64,000 bases of DNA from an uncultured Methanosarcinaceae archaeon (GCA_963721455.1 CAVRJG010000052.1:32001-96000); one strand, 5' to 3'. Positions 10,303-20,850 are shown, numbered from the stretch's first letter. The notes: generated from the letters alone by a model not told the origin. Program-made: numbers and translations.

Positions 10303-10851
10303 ATGAAGGAAATCAGAATACACGGTCGAGGAGGCCAGGGTTCTGTTACTGCGGCTGAGATGCTTGCCGTTGCAGCTTTTGAAGATGGGAAGTTCAGCCA
10401 GGCCTTCCCCGCTTTTGGGGTAGAGCGCAGAGGTGCCCCTGTGCAGGCATTCACAAGGATCAGTAACAGTCCCATCAGGCTCAGAAGCCAGATCTACACT
10501 CCGGATTATGTTATTGTCCAGGACGCAACCCTTCTTGAAACTGTTGACGTTGCAAGCGGGATAAAAGATGACGGAATAATTATCGTCAACACAACCGAAA
10601 GTCCAGAAAGCCTGAAGCTTAACACGAAAGCTAAGGTCATTACCGGGGACGCTACAAAGGTGGCAATGGATATTATAGGTCTCCCCATTGTGAACACTGT
10701 CCTCCTTGGAGCTTTTGCTGCTGCAACCGGAGAAATAAATGTGGAATCAATCCAGCATGCAATAAAGGCTCGTTTTCCAGGAAAGGTAGGAGAAAAGAAC
10801 GCAAAAGCGATTCAGAAAGCCTACGAGATTACCAGGGGGAAAGAGGTATGA
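10303..10851 (+). CDS. porC: Pyruvate:ferredoxin oxidoreductase gamma subunit
   Basis: HGRGGQG and [10 protein letters not shown] motifs, with AGGAG RBS. Confidence 0.95.
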   Translation: MKEIRIHGRGGQGSVTAAEMLAVAAFEDGKFSQAFPAFGVERRGAPVQAFTRISNSPIRLRSQIYTPDYVIVQDATLLETVDVASGIKDDGIIIVNTTESPESLKLNTKAKVITGDATKVAMDIIGLPIVNTVLLGAFAAATGEINVESIQHAIKARFPGKVGEKNAKAIQKAYEITRGKEV

Positions 10852-11114
10852 GTCTAAAGATCACACGCGGCGGAGTCTGTGAACCTGGCTCGACCCTTAA
10901 AAACAAAACCGGGGGCTGGAGAAACTTCCGTCCTGTTTATATTTATGAAAAGTGTACCAAATGCGGGATCTGCGAGATCGTCTGCCCTGACATGTCTGTC
11001 AAACCCAGGGAAGACGGCTTTTTTGAGTACGATTACGATTACTGCAAGGGTTGCGGCATCTGTGCAAATGAATGTCCTGCATATGCAATTGAAATGATTC
11101 TGGAGGAGAAATAA
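10848..11114 (+). CDS. porD: Pyruvate:ferredoxin oxidoreductase delta subunit (2x[4Fe-4S])
   Basis: TGGWR plus two CxxCxxCxxxCP motifs. Confidence 0.95.
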   Translation: MSLKITRGGVCEPGSTLKNKTGGWRNFRPVYIYEKCTKCGICEIVCPDMSVKPREDGFFEYDYDYCKGCGICANECPAYAIEMILEEK

Positions 11115-12322
11115 TGATTGACCCGGCTTACAAGGGGAAAATGGTGGTAGTGGAAGGTTCGTATGCTGTAGCCCATTCAGCAAAAGTCTGCCGTCCAAAT
11201 GTTATTTCCGCCTACCCTATCACTCCTCAGACCCATATTGTTGAAGACCTGTCCCAGTTCATAGCAGACGGGGAAATTCCCGACTGTGAGTATATTAATG
11301 TGGAATCAGAGTTCTCAGCAATCTCTGCACTCATTGGAGCTGCAGCAGTGGGTGCAAGAACCTATTCAGCCACCACTTCCCAGGGACTCCTGCTCATGCA
11401 TGAGGCGCTTTTTAACGCTGCAGGAATGAGGTTCCCTATTGCAATGACAGTGGCAAACAGGGCAGTCGGCGCTCCAATCAATATTTGGAATGACCATCAG
11501 GACGCAATTTCCCAGAGAGATACTGGCTGGATTCAGCTCTATGCAGAAGATGTCCAGGAAGCATCTGATACCCTGCCTCAGCTCTACAAGATCTTAGAAG
11601 ACCATGATATTATGCTGCCGGGTATGGTCTGCATGGACGGTTTTATCCTGTCTCACGTTTACGAGCCTGTTATTCTGCTTGAACAGGAACTGACAGACAA
11701 TTATCTCCCTGCGTTCCAGCCCGAAAATGTGCTTGACCCGGAAAATCCCAAGACCTTCGGAGCCTTTGCAGCCCCTGACACCTACGAAGAGTTCAGGTAT
11801 CTCCAGGAACAGGCAATGCAGAAAGCTCTTCCGAAGATCGAAGCCGCAGCAAAGGAGTTCGAGGAAGTCTTCGGCAGGTTCCACGGCGGGCTTGTTGACG
11901 GGTACCTGCTTGATGATGCAGAAATTATCGTCATGTCTATGGGATCTATTCTCGGGACTGTTAAAGATGTTGTTGATGAGTACAGGGCAAGAGGAGAAAA
12001 GATCGGCGTCCTGAAAGTCAGGTCCTTCAGGCCTTTCCCGAAGGAACAGGTTAGAGAGGCTATTAAGAACGCTCACGCAGTTGTCGTACTTGATAAGAAC
12101 ATCTCTATAGGGACAAACGAAGGAGCTCTCTTTACCGAAACCAAGTCGTGCCTTTACAACAGTAAGATCCGCGTACCAGTTATGGGCTATACCGTGGGAC
12201 ACGGAGGCCGTGACATCCGCGCGGAAAGCATTGCAAAGGTTATTGAAGAAACCAAGAAAGCTGCAAAGTCCGGAATCGCGGTTGAAAGCCAGTTTCTGGA
12301 TCTCAGGGAGGAGTTGCTATGA
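11114..12322 (+). CDS. porA: Pyruvate:ferredoxin oxidoreductase alpha subunit
   Basis: YPITPQT, ESEFSA and TSSQG-like (TTSQG) motifs. Confidence 0.95.
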   Translation: MIDPAYKGKMVVVEGSYAVAHSAKVCRPNVISAYPITPQTHIVEDLSQFIADGEIPDCEYINVESEFSAISALIGAAAVGARTYSATTSQGLLLMHEALFNAAGMRFPIAMTVANRAVGAPINIWNDHQDAISQRDTGWIQLYAEDVQEASDTLPQLYKILEDHDIMLPGMVCMDGFILSHVYEPVILLEQELTDNYLPAFQPENVLDPENPKTFGAFAAPDTYEEFRYLQEQAMQKALPKIEAAAKEFEEVFGRFHGGLVDGYLLDDAEIIVMSMGSILGTVKDVVDEYRARGEKIGVLKVRSFRPFPKEQVREAIKNAHAVVVLDKNISIGTNEGALFTETKSCLYNSKIRVPVMGYTVGHGGRDIRAESIAKVIEETKKAAKSGIAVESQFLDLREELL

Positions 12323-13209
12323 GTAAAACTGCACCTAAAACATATATTACATCCGGGCACAGCGGCTGTGCAGGCTGCTGTGATGCCTTTGCTGCAAAAT
12401 TCACACTCATGGGCGCAGGCCCCAACTGTATTGTAGTTAACCCTACAGGCTGCCTTGAAGTGATGTCCACGCCTTTCCCGAATTCCTCCTGGCAGGTCCC
12501 CTGGATCCACTCCCTCTTTGAAAACGCAGGTGCAGTGGCTTCAGGTGTGGAAGCTGCCTTAAAAGCCCTTGGAAAAAAGAATGACACCAAGGTCATATCA
12601 ATCGGAGGCGATGGCTCTACCATGGACATAGGACTCGGTGCCCTTTCAGGCGCCTTTGAGCGCGGCCACGACTTCACCTATGTCTGTATGGACAACGAAG
12701 CCTACATGAACACGGGAATCCAGCGCAGCAGTGGAACTCCTTTCGATGCCAGCACCACGACAACCCCACCTGGAAAAGTCTCCTTTGGAAACCAGCGCCC
12801 CAAGAAGAACATGCCTGCTATTATGGTAGCCCATGGCTCTCCTTATGTGGCAACAACCTCAATAGGTTTTCCAAAAGACATGATCCGTAAAGTCAAGAAA
12901 GCCACTGAAATCGTGGGTCCAACTTACATCCATGCCCACTGCCCCTGTACAACAGGCTGGGGCTTTGATACCTCAAAGACTCTTGAGATTGCCAAGCTCG
13001 CAGTCGAAACCTGTCTCTGGCCCATGTACGAGATTGAAAACGGGGAACTCACCCAGGTCAGAAAGGTCAAGGACCCCAGGCCAGTTGAGGAGTACCTTAG
13101 AGCTCAAAAACGGTTCAAGCACCTCTTCACCATGGAAGGCGGCGAGGAAGAAATTAAGAAAATCCAGGCTACTGCAGACTGGAACATAAAACACTACGGA
13201 CTTCAGTAA
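12319..13209 (+). CDS. porB: Pyruvate:ferredoxin oxidoreductase beta subunit
   Basis: GHSGCAGC and the TPP-binding GGDG...DNEAYMNTG. Confidence 0.95.
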   Translation: MSKTAPKTYITSGHSGCAGCCDAFAAKFTLMGAGPNCIVVNPTGCLEVMSTPFPNSSWQVPWIHSLFENAGAVASGVEAALKALGKKNDTKVISIGGDGSTMDIGLGALSGAFERGHDFTYVCMDNEAYMNTGIQRSSGTPFDASTTTTPPGKVSFGNQRPKKNMPAIMVAHGSPYVATTSIGFPKDMIRKVKKATEIVGPTYIHAHCPCTTGWGFDTSKTLEIAKLAVETCLWPMYEIENGELTQVRKVKDPRPVEEYLRAQKRFKHLFTMEGGEEEIKKIQATADWNIKHYGLQ

Positions 13210-13553
13210 AAACTGGAGTTCTAATTTTCTTATTTTTATTTTTGACTTTACCTTTTGATCTGAATTCTTTTGCTTGATTTTTGATGTTAAAGTCGGGTTG
13301 TAGAGCTGATGCTACTTTTTAGCCGCGGTCTTGTGTGAACTTTAGATTTTCTGATAATCGGGGGTGCGTGAGTTACGTGCTTCGACCTGTCTTGTTCCCG
13401 CGCCTGCGGCGCGGCTGGAGCGTGCAACACAGTACATATTACTTAATTTTACTCGCTTTTGCCAAGAGACAGGAACATATCGGTATATTTAACATTTTTA
13501 GATTCTGAATGTCAGACAGAAATTACATTTGGAATTTCACAGTTAATATTTAA

Positions 13554-13731
13554 GGCTCTTCGCTATTTTGTATGGGTTGAAAATAATTGCTTAGTTGGAC
13601 AGTTGTCCGGCCAAAATGAAAAACCTCGAGCCTGACTGTGATTTTCAACAACAAACGTTTCTAAATTTTATGCATGCTACTTCCATAGTTAGAAATGGAT
13701 GTAAATTACCCACTCGAAACAGCGAAGAGCC
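13554..13731. mobile_element. 178-bp non-autonomous element (MITE or internally deleted IS) with ISL3-like ends
   Basis: 24-bp terminal inverted repeats GGCTCTTCGCTATTTTGTATGGGT and GGCTCTTCGCTGTTTCGAGTGGGT (20/24 match). GGCTCTTCG termini are typical of the ISL3 family. No transposase and no target-site duplication. Confidence 0.75.
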
Positions 13732-13929
13732 CAGAACAATATAGGAAATGCATACAGCACACTGGCAGAAGTCGAAGATAAGGCGAAAAACTGCAAAAAA
13801 GCAATAGAAGCATATCAAAATGCTCTGAAAATATTCACAGAAGAATCATATCCAATGTATAACAAGGGAATAGCAGATAACCTTGGGAATCTTATTAATT
13901 TCTGCAAAATCAATGACGTCAAACTGTAA
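13732..13929 (+). pseudogene. C-terminal fragment of a tetratricopeptide-repeat protein
   Basis: QNNIGNAYSTLAEVEDKAKNCKKAIEAYQNALKIFTEESYPMY...KL*. No start codon; it begins exactly at the right end of the MITE. Confidence 0.75.
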
Positions 13930-14089
13930 AATTAGAAGGAATTAACTTTGTGATCTCGAAAATAAGGTACTTTTTTCCAAAACTTATAGTTCAATCCTAA
14001 TCCGACAAAAACTGAGAAAATAGAGTCTAAATTTAGTTGAAACAAACAATATTAAGAAAAGTTTCCGGTATTAAACATGGATAGGCATC

Positions 14090-14300
14090 TGTTTTTTAAA
14101 TGCCGTTTTTTAGTAACGTTTTTCAAGAATTCTGTTTTTAAAATATCGTTTTTCATGTACCGTTTTTTAGAATTCCGTTTTTAAAATATCGTTTTTCAAT
14201 GCACCGTTTTTTAAGAATTCCGTTTTTAAAATATCGTTTTTTAAGAATTCCGTTTTTTAAGACACCGTTTTTTAAGACACCGTTTTTCATGTACCGTTTT
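14090..14300. repeat. Degenerate ~15-bp tandem repeat (CCGTTTTTTAAGAATT-like)
   Basis: More than a dozen (C)CGTTTTT cores at ~14-16 bp spacing. Confidence 0.75.
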
Positions 14301-14561
14301 TCACAGATGCCTTGCACCTCAGATATCTTTCCATAATATAAAACTACGGATGTACTGAAAATCAAATATAAGATTCCAGAAGTACTGTAAAATATATAAA
14401 GAGTGGACGCATGAACAGGAAAGAAATCTTTTTTGCATTCGGTTAGAGATGGAGCCTGAGAATCTATTAAATTCTCAGGATCTATTAAATTCGAGAATTG
14501 AAGTCGGACTCTACTTTTAAAAAAAGAGAAAATTTAGAGAAAAAAGTAAGTTACCGGATGA

Positions 14562-15017
14562 TTACATATCAACTAACGGTAACTGTCTTCTCAGGTCAGG
14601 CAAATACCCTTCTCTATGCAGGGCTATTTTGTAGTCACTTATTGTCCGGCATAATTTATGGGTGTATTTTATGCAGTTGTCACCAACGTCCCCTTTGAAC
14701 AGGATCTTTTCTGTTTTTTCTACAAATTCGGGGTAGGTAAATACAAGTTCTTCTTTGGTGTGCAGGAACAGAGCTGTAAAGTCCCTGTGAATGCCCATGC
14801 TTCTTTTAAGCAGTTCAACATTCAGGTGGTCCTCAGACAGATATGGGTTGAACTTTACAAATGTATGAAAATCTGCGATATTCTGGTTTAAGGAATTCAG
14901 GATTGAATATAGCACGTTATCTGTTTCCGGAAGGGGGATATCCGGAAGGTCGAGGTGCTCGCCTTCGAAGGTTTTGTTTTCGTTTATATTTTGATCCCGG
15001 GTTGTATCACGGTCCAT
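14562..15017 (-). CDS. Hypothetical protein (151 aa, no recognised family)
   Basis: ATG with a good GGTGAT RBS, protein-like composition, no overlapping real gene. Confidence 0.6.
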   Translation of the reverse strand: MDRDTTRDQNINENKTFEGEHLDLPDIPLPETDNVLYSILNSLNQNIADFHTFVKFNPYLSEDHLNVELLKRSMGIHRDFTALFLHTKEELVFTYPEFVEKTEKILFKGDVGDNCIKYTHKLCRTISDYKIALHREGYLPDLRRQLPLVDM

Positions 15018-15452
15018 TTTATCACCCTGGTATAGTATTTTATTTTAGTCGATAGTATGGTGGTTTCCGTTTTATATAACGGATTCAATCACTTGCTTTG
15101 AGATGGCTTGTAGATATACTTACTGGATTTGGCTTGGGGTGGCTCCAAGTATATCCATTGTGTTTATCTTGCCGGCATGTCCATCGCTTCCCCACTCGAA
15201 GCGGTATTACGCACAAGTTTAGATGCTTTAGGTTCCGTTTTTATTTACGAATCCAGCCTGAGAGGTTTAATCATGGAGTTCTATAAAATAAAATCAATTA
15301 AACTCTTAGGCTCTTGCATCTCACCATATATAAGATTTTGTCTTAATAAAACTGCATAAATATATTTATGTAGGAATCCTTACCCGGCCCCGTAAAAATC
15401 TTCACTATATAATATACTAGGAATGATAGAATATATACCTGTGCCTAGTATA

Positions 15453-15639
15453 CTAGTGCATCGATTCCGTATATCCTCAATAAATCACGGATAAACACAG
15501 ATGAACACAGATGGTTTCAATTCGTGTTTATCCGTGTCAATCTGTAGTTTTTTATGGGAAACTCATTGGAAACTCATTGATTAATGTTGATTTTTTCAAA
15601 GTCCAGTTTTATTTCCATAGTTTGGAATCGATGCACTAG
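15453..15639. mobile_element. 187-bp MITE-like element with perfect 16-bp terminal inverted repeats
   Basis: CTAGTGCATCGATTCC (15453-15468) and GGAATCGATGCACTAG (15624-15639). Internal inverted repeat CACGGATAAACAC/GTGTTTATCCGTG. Confidence 0.75.
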
Positions 15640-15669
15640 AATGATAGAATATATACCTGTAAATCAAGT

Positions 15670-16506
15670 TCAGGGTTCTCTTAAGTCTCCTGAAACCCTC
15701 CTGTTCTCAAGTATTTCCATCCCGAAGGCAACAAGTCCATATACAAGGCTCAATACGAGAATGATCGTTGCTCCAGAAGGGACGTCCAGAGCATATGAAA
15801 GACCTATTCCGGTTACGCTGATCACAGTCCCGAAGACGATGGAAATTAGCATCATTTGCTTCAGGTTATGAGTGAATTTACGGCTCAGCGTAGCAGGAAT
15901 GGTAAGAAGGGCAATCACAAGGATAATACCCACGACTTTGATAAGAACTACGATTGTCAGGGCAATAATGCACAGCAGGAAAAGGTAAAGTTTCTCTGTA
16001 GGGAGGCCCTGAACAGTTGTGAATTCTTCATCAAAACAGAGGGCAAGGAACTCCTTATAGAATAAGTAAACTGCACCTACTATGACTATATCAAGACCCA
16101 GCATCAGGTAAAGGTCGAAGCGGGGTACTGTCAGAATGTTTCCGAAGAGGTAAGTCATAAGGTCAGGGGCATAGCCAGGAGTCAGGTAGACAAAAATGAT
16201 CCCAAGAGCCATTCCAAGAGACCAGAGTATACCTATTGCACTGTCTTCCGGGATTTTAGATTTCTTGCTCACGGTCCCCATGACCAGAGCCGAAACCAGG
16301 CTGAAGGGGAGAACGCCGAACATCGGGTTGATTCCGAGGTAATAGCCCAGGCCAATACCCCCAAAGGAAGCATGAGCGATTCCACCGCTGATAAAGACAA
16401 TTTTTTTAACGACAACATAGACACCTATAATCCCGCAGGCTATGCTTGCAAGGATTGCGGCTGCAAGGGCGTTCTGGATAAAGTTGTATTGCAGAAGATC
16501 AAACAT
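15670..16506 (-). CDS. Zn/Mn ABC transporter permease (ZnuB family)
   Basis: Multi-TM protein with [15 protein letters not shown] and PSGATII motifs. Confidence 0.92.
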   Translation of the reverse strand: MFDLLQYNFIQNALAAAILASIACGIIGVYVVVKKIVFISGGIAHASFGGIGLGYYLGINPMFGVLPFSLVSALVMGTVSKKSKIPEDSAIGILWSLGMALGIIFVYLTPGYAPDLMTYLFGNILTVPRFDLYLMLGLDIVIVGAVYLFYKEFLALCFDEEFTTVQGLPTEKLYLFLLCIIALTIVVLIKVVGIILVIALLTIPATLSRKFTHNLKQMMLISIVFGTVISVTGIGLSYALDVPSGATIILVLSLVYGLVAFGMEILENRRVSGDLREP

Positions 16507-16552
16507 TTTTATTTCTCCGTCTTAATCTGTTTTTCGAACCAAGCCTTGATCT

Positions 16553-17317
16553 TCAGGTACTCCCTTTATGCCTTTCCAGTACCCTGTGAGGCACTCCGTG
16601 GGCAATCAGTTCGACAGGACACTGATAAGTAGCTTCCAGGTCCTCAACAGGAATTTCCCTGGAATCGTGATAATGGAGTGTGCGGTTCAGGCAGGCTATC
16701 CTGTCAACATAAACAGAAACTGCGCTAAGGTCGTGAGTAACCATGATAACTGCCATTTCCTGCTTGAGCCTGTCCAGGAGGCGGTAGAGTTCATCCTGCA
16801 TATGTGGATCAAGTCCGGAATTGGGCTCGTCCAGAAGCAGGAGTTTGGGATTTGTAGCAAGAGCCCGCGCAATAAAAACTCTCTGCCTCTGCCCGCCAGA
16901 GAGCTGCCCGATCTGCCGATCCTTATACTGGAACATCTCTACTGTCTTCAGGGCTTCTTCGGCTGCCTTTTTATCTTCTTCCCCATATTTTCTCAGAAAA
17001 CCCGTATGGCTCATCCTGCCTGTGAGAACCACTTCCCAGACACTGATAGGGAAGTCAAAATCAAAACCTTTGTATTGGGGAACATAGCCTACAAGGTCTC
17101 TACTCTTTTCCGGAGATTTCCCAAAGAGTTTCACACTGCCCCTGTAAGGCTTCAAAAGTCCAAGGAGCACTTTGAGAAATGTGGTTTTTCCTCCGCCATT
17201 GGGCCCAATAATCCCGAGAAGCCCATTGGACTCTTTCAGTTCAAGATTTACTGCCTCAAGAATTGTCTGATTTCCATAACGGACCCAGACGTCCTTCAGT
17301 TCTATAACCTTCTCCAT
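16553..17317 (-). CDS. Zn/Mn ABC transporter ATPase (ZnuC family)
   Basis: Walker A GPNGGGKTT, LSGGQ, LLLDEP and VTHD. Confidence 0.93.
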   Translation of the reverse strand: MEKVIELKDVWVRYGNQTILEAVNLELKESNGLLGIIGPNGGGKTTFLKVLLGLLKPYRGSVKLFGKSPEKSRDLVGYVPQYKGFDFDFPISVWEVVLTGRMSHTGFLRKYGEEDKKAAEEALKTVEMFQYKDRQIGQLSGGQRQRVFIARALATNPKLLLLDEPNSGLDPHMQDELYRLLDRLKQEMAVIMVTHDLSAVSVYVDRIACLNRTLHYHDSREIPVEDLEATYQCPVELIAHGVPHRVLERHKGST

Positions 17318-17404
17318 CGCCTTCCCTTCAGAACATCGTTTTTATTTTATCGGATTATCCTTTTGATATTTAGATATCGAACTCAAATGCTGACTTTGCT
17401 GACT

Positions 17405-18403
17405 TCATACAAGGTTTCTGGCAAAAATATCGGATACCTTATCCATGTTTGCAATATAATCCTTCGCAAGCGGGTCTACGGCTACAACCTCACCGCCTAT
17501 CTCTTCGGCTATAGCTTGCGCACTCCGTGTGTTGAACTGGGACTGGACAAAGATTACTTTAACCTGCTTTTCCTTTGCAAGATCCACAAGCTTCGCCAGG
17601 TCTTGAGCGCTCGGTTCCTTTCCTTCAATCTCAACTGGAATCATGGTAAGGTTGTAATCCGCTGCAAAATAGCCCCATGAAGGGTGATAAACCATGAAGT
17701 TTCTTTCCTCTCGCCCCTCGAGCTTTTCCCGGATCCTCGCATCCAGGGCATCCACTTCTTTCAGGTAAGCATCCTTGTTCTCGGAATAGTAAGTTTCATT
17801 TCCGGGATCTATTTCCACAAGCCCCTCATAAATATTTTCGACCATTATTTTTGCATTTGAAGGAGACGTCCAGATGTGCGGGTCCAGTTCCATTTCTTCA
17901 TGACCTTCTTCACTTTCATTTGCATGATCGGCTTCAAGCTCTCCTGCGTATTCCTCTTCTCCCTCTCCTTCATGGTGATCGCGGGCAGCAAGTTTCTTAA
18001 GTTCGATTCCATTAGAAGAGTTTACGATGAGAGTCCCACTGTTGATGGTTTCGAACCTGTCAATCCAGACCTTCTCAAAAGGCATATCGACCCCGAGTGT
18101 AACATACATAAGGGCTTTGCTCACTTCTCCCAGTTCTCTTGGAGAAGGTTCATAAGTGTGAGGGTCAGCCCCAGGGGGAATTATGACAACGGTTTTTACT
18201 TTATTTCCTCCGACTTTCTCTACAAACTCGGCCTGCGGAAGGACGCTCACAGCTACGGTTATAGGTACATCCGTTTCTGCTATTTCAACTTCCTGTCCTG
18301 TACTTTCATTTACCTGGGAGTTGCCCGGACCTGTACAGCCGCTGGCAAAAAGGCTTAGACCAACAACCAAAAGAACTAATAAAGATACAATTTTCAGCTT
18401 CAT
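17405..18403 (-). CDS. Zn/Mn ABC transporter substrate-binding lipoprotein (ZnuA family)
   Basis: Likely start MKLKIV at 18403 (ORF open to 18478). Lipobox FASGC, DPHTYEP, His/Glu-rich loop and DPHIW. Confidence 0.92.
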   Translation of the reverse strand: MKLKIVSLLVLLVVGLSLFASGCTGPGNSQVNESTGQEVEIAETDVPITVAVSVLPQAEFVEKVGGNKVKTVVIIPPGADPHTYEPSPRELGEVSKALMYVTLGVDMPFEKVWIDRFETINSGTLIVNSSNGIELKKLAARDHHEGEGEEEYAGELEADHANESEEGHEEMELDPHIWTSPSNAKIMVENIYEGLVEIDPGNETYYSENKDAYLKEVDALDARIREKLEGREERNFMVYHPSWGYFAADYNLTMIPVEIEGKEPSAQDLAKLVDLAKEKQVKVIFVQSQFNTRSAQAIAEEIGGEVVAVDPLAKDYIANMDKVSDIFARNLV

Positions 18404-18682
18404 ACTTGAGATCCCGTTCTCTTCACTTTCATTTTTTACTTCACTCATCAATTTTATTTCTGGGATGAAATAAGACAAATATTAAGCAGAATAAATTTGG
18501 CTTATACCCAAAAATTTGGATTATTCAGAAAATTTTTTGGTGTCAGCCCAAGTTTATCTCGAAGTTATATCCAGGGCTTTATTCAGGATTAAATTTATTT
18601 TACGCTTTATTCAATGCTTTATTCAATGCTTTATTCAATGCTTTATTTCACGCTTTATTCAATGCTTCATTTATTCCGGGAC

Positions 18683-19132
18683 TCAGTGATGATGTTCCTC
18701 ATGCAAGCATTTCTCATGACTTATTTCTCCGCATACACCGAACATCGGGTGGCCCATTGAGCTGCAGATTTTGTCCACAGCATCCCTGGAAACAAAAGCT
18801 TCAAAACGTGAAACTTCGTCACATGCTTCTTCCGACGAAAGGCCGTAATGGGTTAAGAGAAGGCTAAGAATCCTGTGCCTCCTGACAAGAAATTCCGTAT
18901 ATGCCTCACCCCGTTCCGTCAAATCCACACCCCTGTAGGGAACATGGTTCAGGTAGCCTGCACTTGTAAGTTCGTTTAAGGTCTTACTTGTAGTGGAAGG
19001 GTCAACCTGCAGGCCGGAGGAGATTTCTGTGGTTTTTACAGTGCCTCCTTTTTCAAGAATGAACTTAAGATAATCTATCTTTCTCGGAGAGATTTCAAGG
19101 CCCGTAAACTCAGGACAGCTCTGCTCATTCAT
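18683..19132 (-). CDS. DtxR/MntR-family metal-dependent transcriptional regulator
   Basis: wHTH (DYLKFI...PSTTSKTL...YRGVDLTERG), RRHR and a His-rich C-terminus. Directly upstream of the metal ABC genes. Start uncertain (ORF open to 19171). Confidence 0.88.
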   Translation of the reverse strand: MNEQSCPEFTGLEISPRKIDYLKFILEKGGTVKTTEISSGLQVDPSTTSKTLNELTSAGYLNHVPYRGVDLTERGEAYTEFLVRRHRILSLLLTHYGLSSEEACDEVSRFEAFVSRDAVDKICSSMGHPMFGVCGEISHEKCLHEEHHH

Positions 19133-19311
19133 AGAGAGAAATATGGAAAACCCGTATTTATTGTTTGCCATACACCAAATTATGAAGATATAGTTGTACT
19201 ATAGCAAAAACATGGGAGATGGAAAAATCTCGGACGAAAATAGAGATTGAAAAGCCTTAGAAAAAATAAGGATTGAAAAGTCTCAGAAAAAAAATTTTCG
19301 GGATAAAAAGT

Positions 19312-20850
19312 TCAGTAGAAGAAAATATACACACCGGAGACCAGCAAAAAGCTCACCACGCCCATCAAAGCACCTCCAAGGGTATTTGACCTGAAAACCT
19401 CAGATGGTTCCAGTTCTGCCAATTCTCCGAAAATCCAGAAGAAAGGGTCATTGACATGGGAAATCACAAAAGTGCCTGAAGCCATTGAAAGGATCAGGAT
19501 TTCAGGAGGAAGCCCGAGTTCAGGAACCAGAGGCAGTAAAAGTGAAGGTGCTATAAGCATGGTCACAACCCTTGACCCCTGTACAGTTTGAAGGGCTGCA
19601 GCAACAAGAAAAGGCACAAGGATATGAGGAAAGCTCAACTGCAAGAAAAACCTGCCCAGAGCTTCTCCTGCTCCTGTAATGGCAAAAGTTGCACCAAGGG
19701 CTCCTCCTCCGCAGAGATCAAGCAGGACAACTCCACTTCTCCTTACGGCTTTTTCGACCAGGTCCCTTACCACGACTGCCCCAAGCTTTCTGCCGGAAAA
19801 GAGGGAGAGAATGACTCCTATAAGGAGCGCAATATTCGGGTTTCCCAGAAACGCAAGCACAGGATGCGGATGTTCAAAGCCCACCTGAAGGAGAATAAGG
19901 AGTAAAGGGAAAAAGATCGGAGAATAGGCTTCAAGCCTTCCGGGTTTTCCGGCATCATTTTGATACATTTCTATATTTTTTTCCGGAATTTCGGATTCTT
20001 TTTCCCTTAATCTGGTTACTTCGGCTTCTTTTTCCCTTACTTTGATTACTTCGGCTTCTTTTTCCTTCGTTCTGGTTGTCTTCTGCCGCACACCTGTTAC
20101 TTCTTCTGATACGGTTGTTTGCTCCTGCAGGCCGGTTACTTTTTCTTCTGTTGCGGTTATCTGCTCCTGTACCCCTGATTTTTTACTTTGTGCAGTTTTT
20201 GTCTTCTCTGAGCCAGAATACCCCCGGTTATCGGTTTTAGAAGTGCTTGCAATTTCAGTCTTTCCCAGCCTTATGGCATAAAGGTAGCCTGCAATGGAAG
20301 TGGGAACCGCGATAAGAAATCCCAGAATAAAAAGCTTGTCCGTGTTAGCCGTTAGTTCTTCTGCTGCCGAGATTATCACAGGCGAAGGATAGACAAGATT
20401 AAATGAGGCAACAGCTCCAAGTGCAAGGGCAGTTGCAGTGGAAATAGAGGGGTTGTCGACTCTGGCAGCCAACTCTTTAGCTATTGGAACAAAGATTACA
20501 TAAGCCAGGATATAACACATCAAGGGCACAGCAAAAAGGAAACCGAGGAGATTCAGGGCAAGCAAAGGATTCCTGGAAAAGCGTATAATATCAGAGGCTA
20601 TAAGGGACATCCCTCCGGTCCTCTGGAGTAGAAGTCCGATAACACTTCCACACGTAATGATAATAGCAAAACGGGAAAAAACGCTGCCCAGCCCCTCAGT
20701 TATTGCTCCGACTGTAGCCAGAGGTTCTCCTGCAAGGACTCCTGTGAGAACAGATACAAGGACAAGGCTAAGAAAAGGGTGCAACCTGAACCTGGCTGTA
20801 AAAATGAGGATGCAGAGAAGGGCGAAAAGGAAGATGAGCACAGGATGCAT
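19312..20850 (-). CDS. GntP/DsdX-family permease
   Basis: RLHPFLSL, QGSRVV and SHVNDPFFW motifs. Contains a repetitive hydrophilic central loop. Confidence 0.88.
   Translation of the reverse strand: MHPVLIFLFALLCILIFTARFRLHPFLSLVLVSVLTGVLAGEPLATVGAITEGLGSVFSRFAIIITCGSVIGLLLQRTGGMSLIASDIIRFSRNPLLALNLLGFLFAVPLMCYILAYVIFVPIAKELAARVDNPSISTATALALGAVASFNLVYPSPVIISAAEELTANTDKLFILGFLIAVPTSIAGYLYAIRLGKTEIASTSKTDNRGYSGSEKTKTAQSKKSGVQEQITATEEKVTGLQEQTTVSEEVTGVRQKTTRTKEKEAEVIKVREKEAEVTRLREKESEIPEKNIEMYQNDAGKPGRLEAYSPIFFPLLLILLQVGFEHPHPVLAFLGNPNIALLIGVILSLFSGRKLGAVVVRDLVEKAVRRSGVVLLDLCGGGALGATFAITGAGEALGRFFLQLSFPHILVPFLVAAALQTVQGSRVVTMLIAPSLLLPLVPELGLPPEILILSMASGTFVISHVNDPFFWIFGELAELEPSEVFRSNTLGGALMGVVSFLLVSGVYIFFY

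Noticed and set aside
14153-14365. 70-aa NGILK-repeat ORF
   Set aside because: Product of a degenerate 15-bp repeat with frame-breaking units.
16568-17680. 370-aa plus-strand ORF
   Set aside because: Antisense shadow of the znuC/znuA-like genes, with no recognisable motifs.
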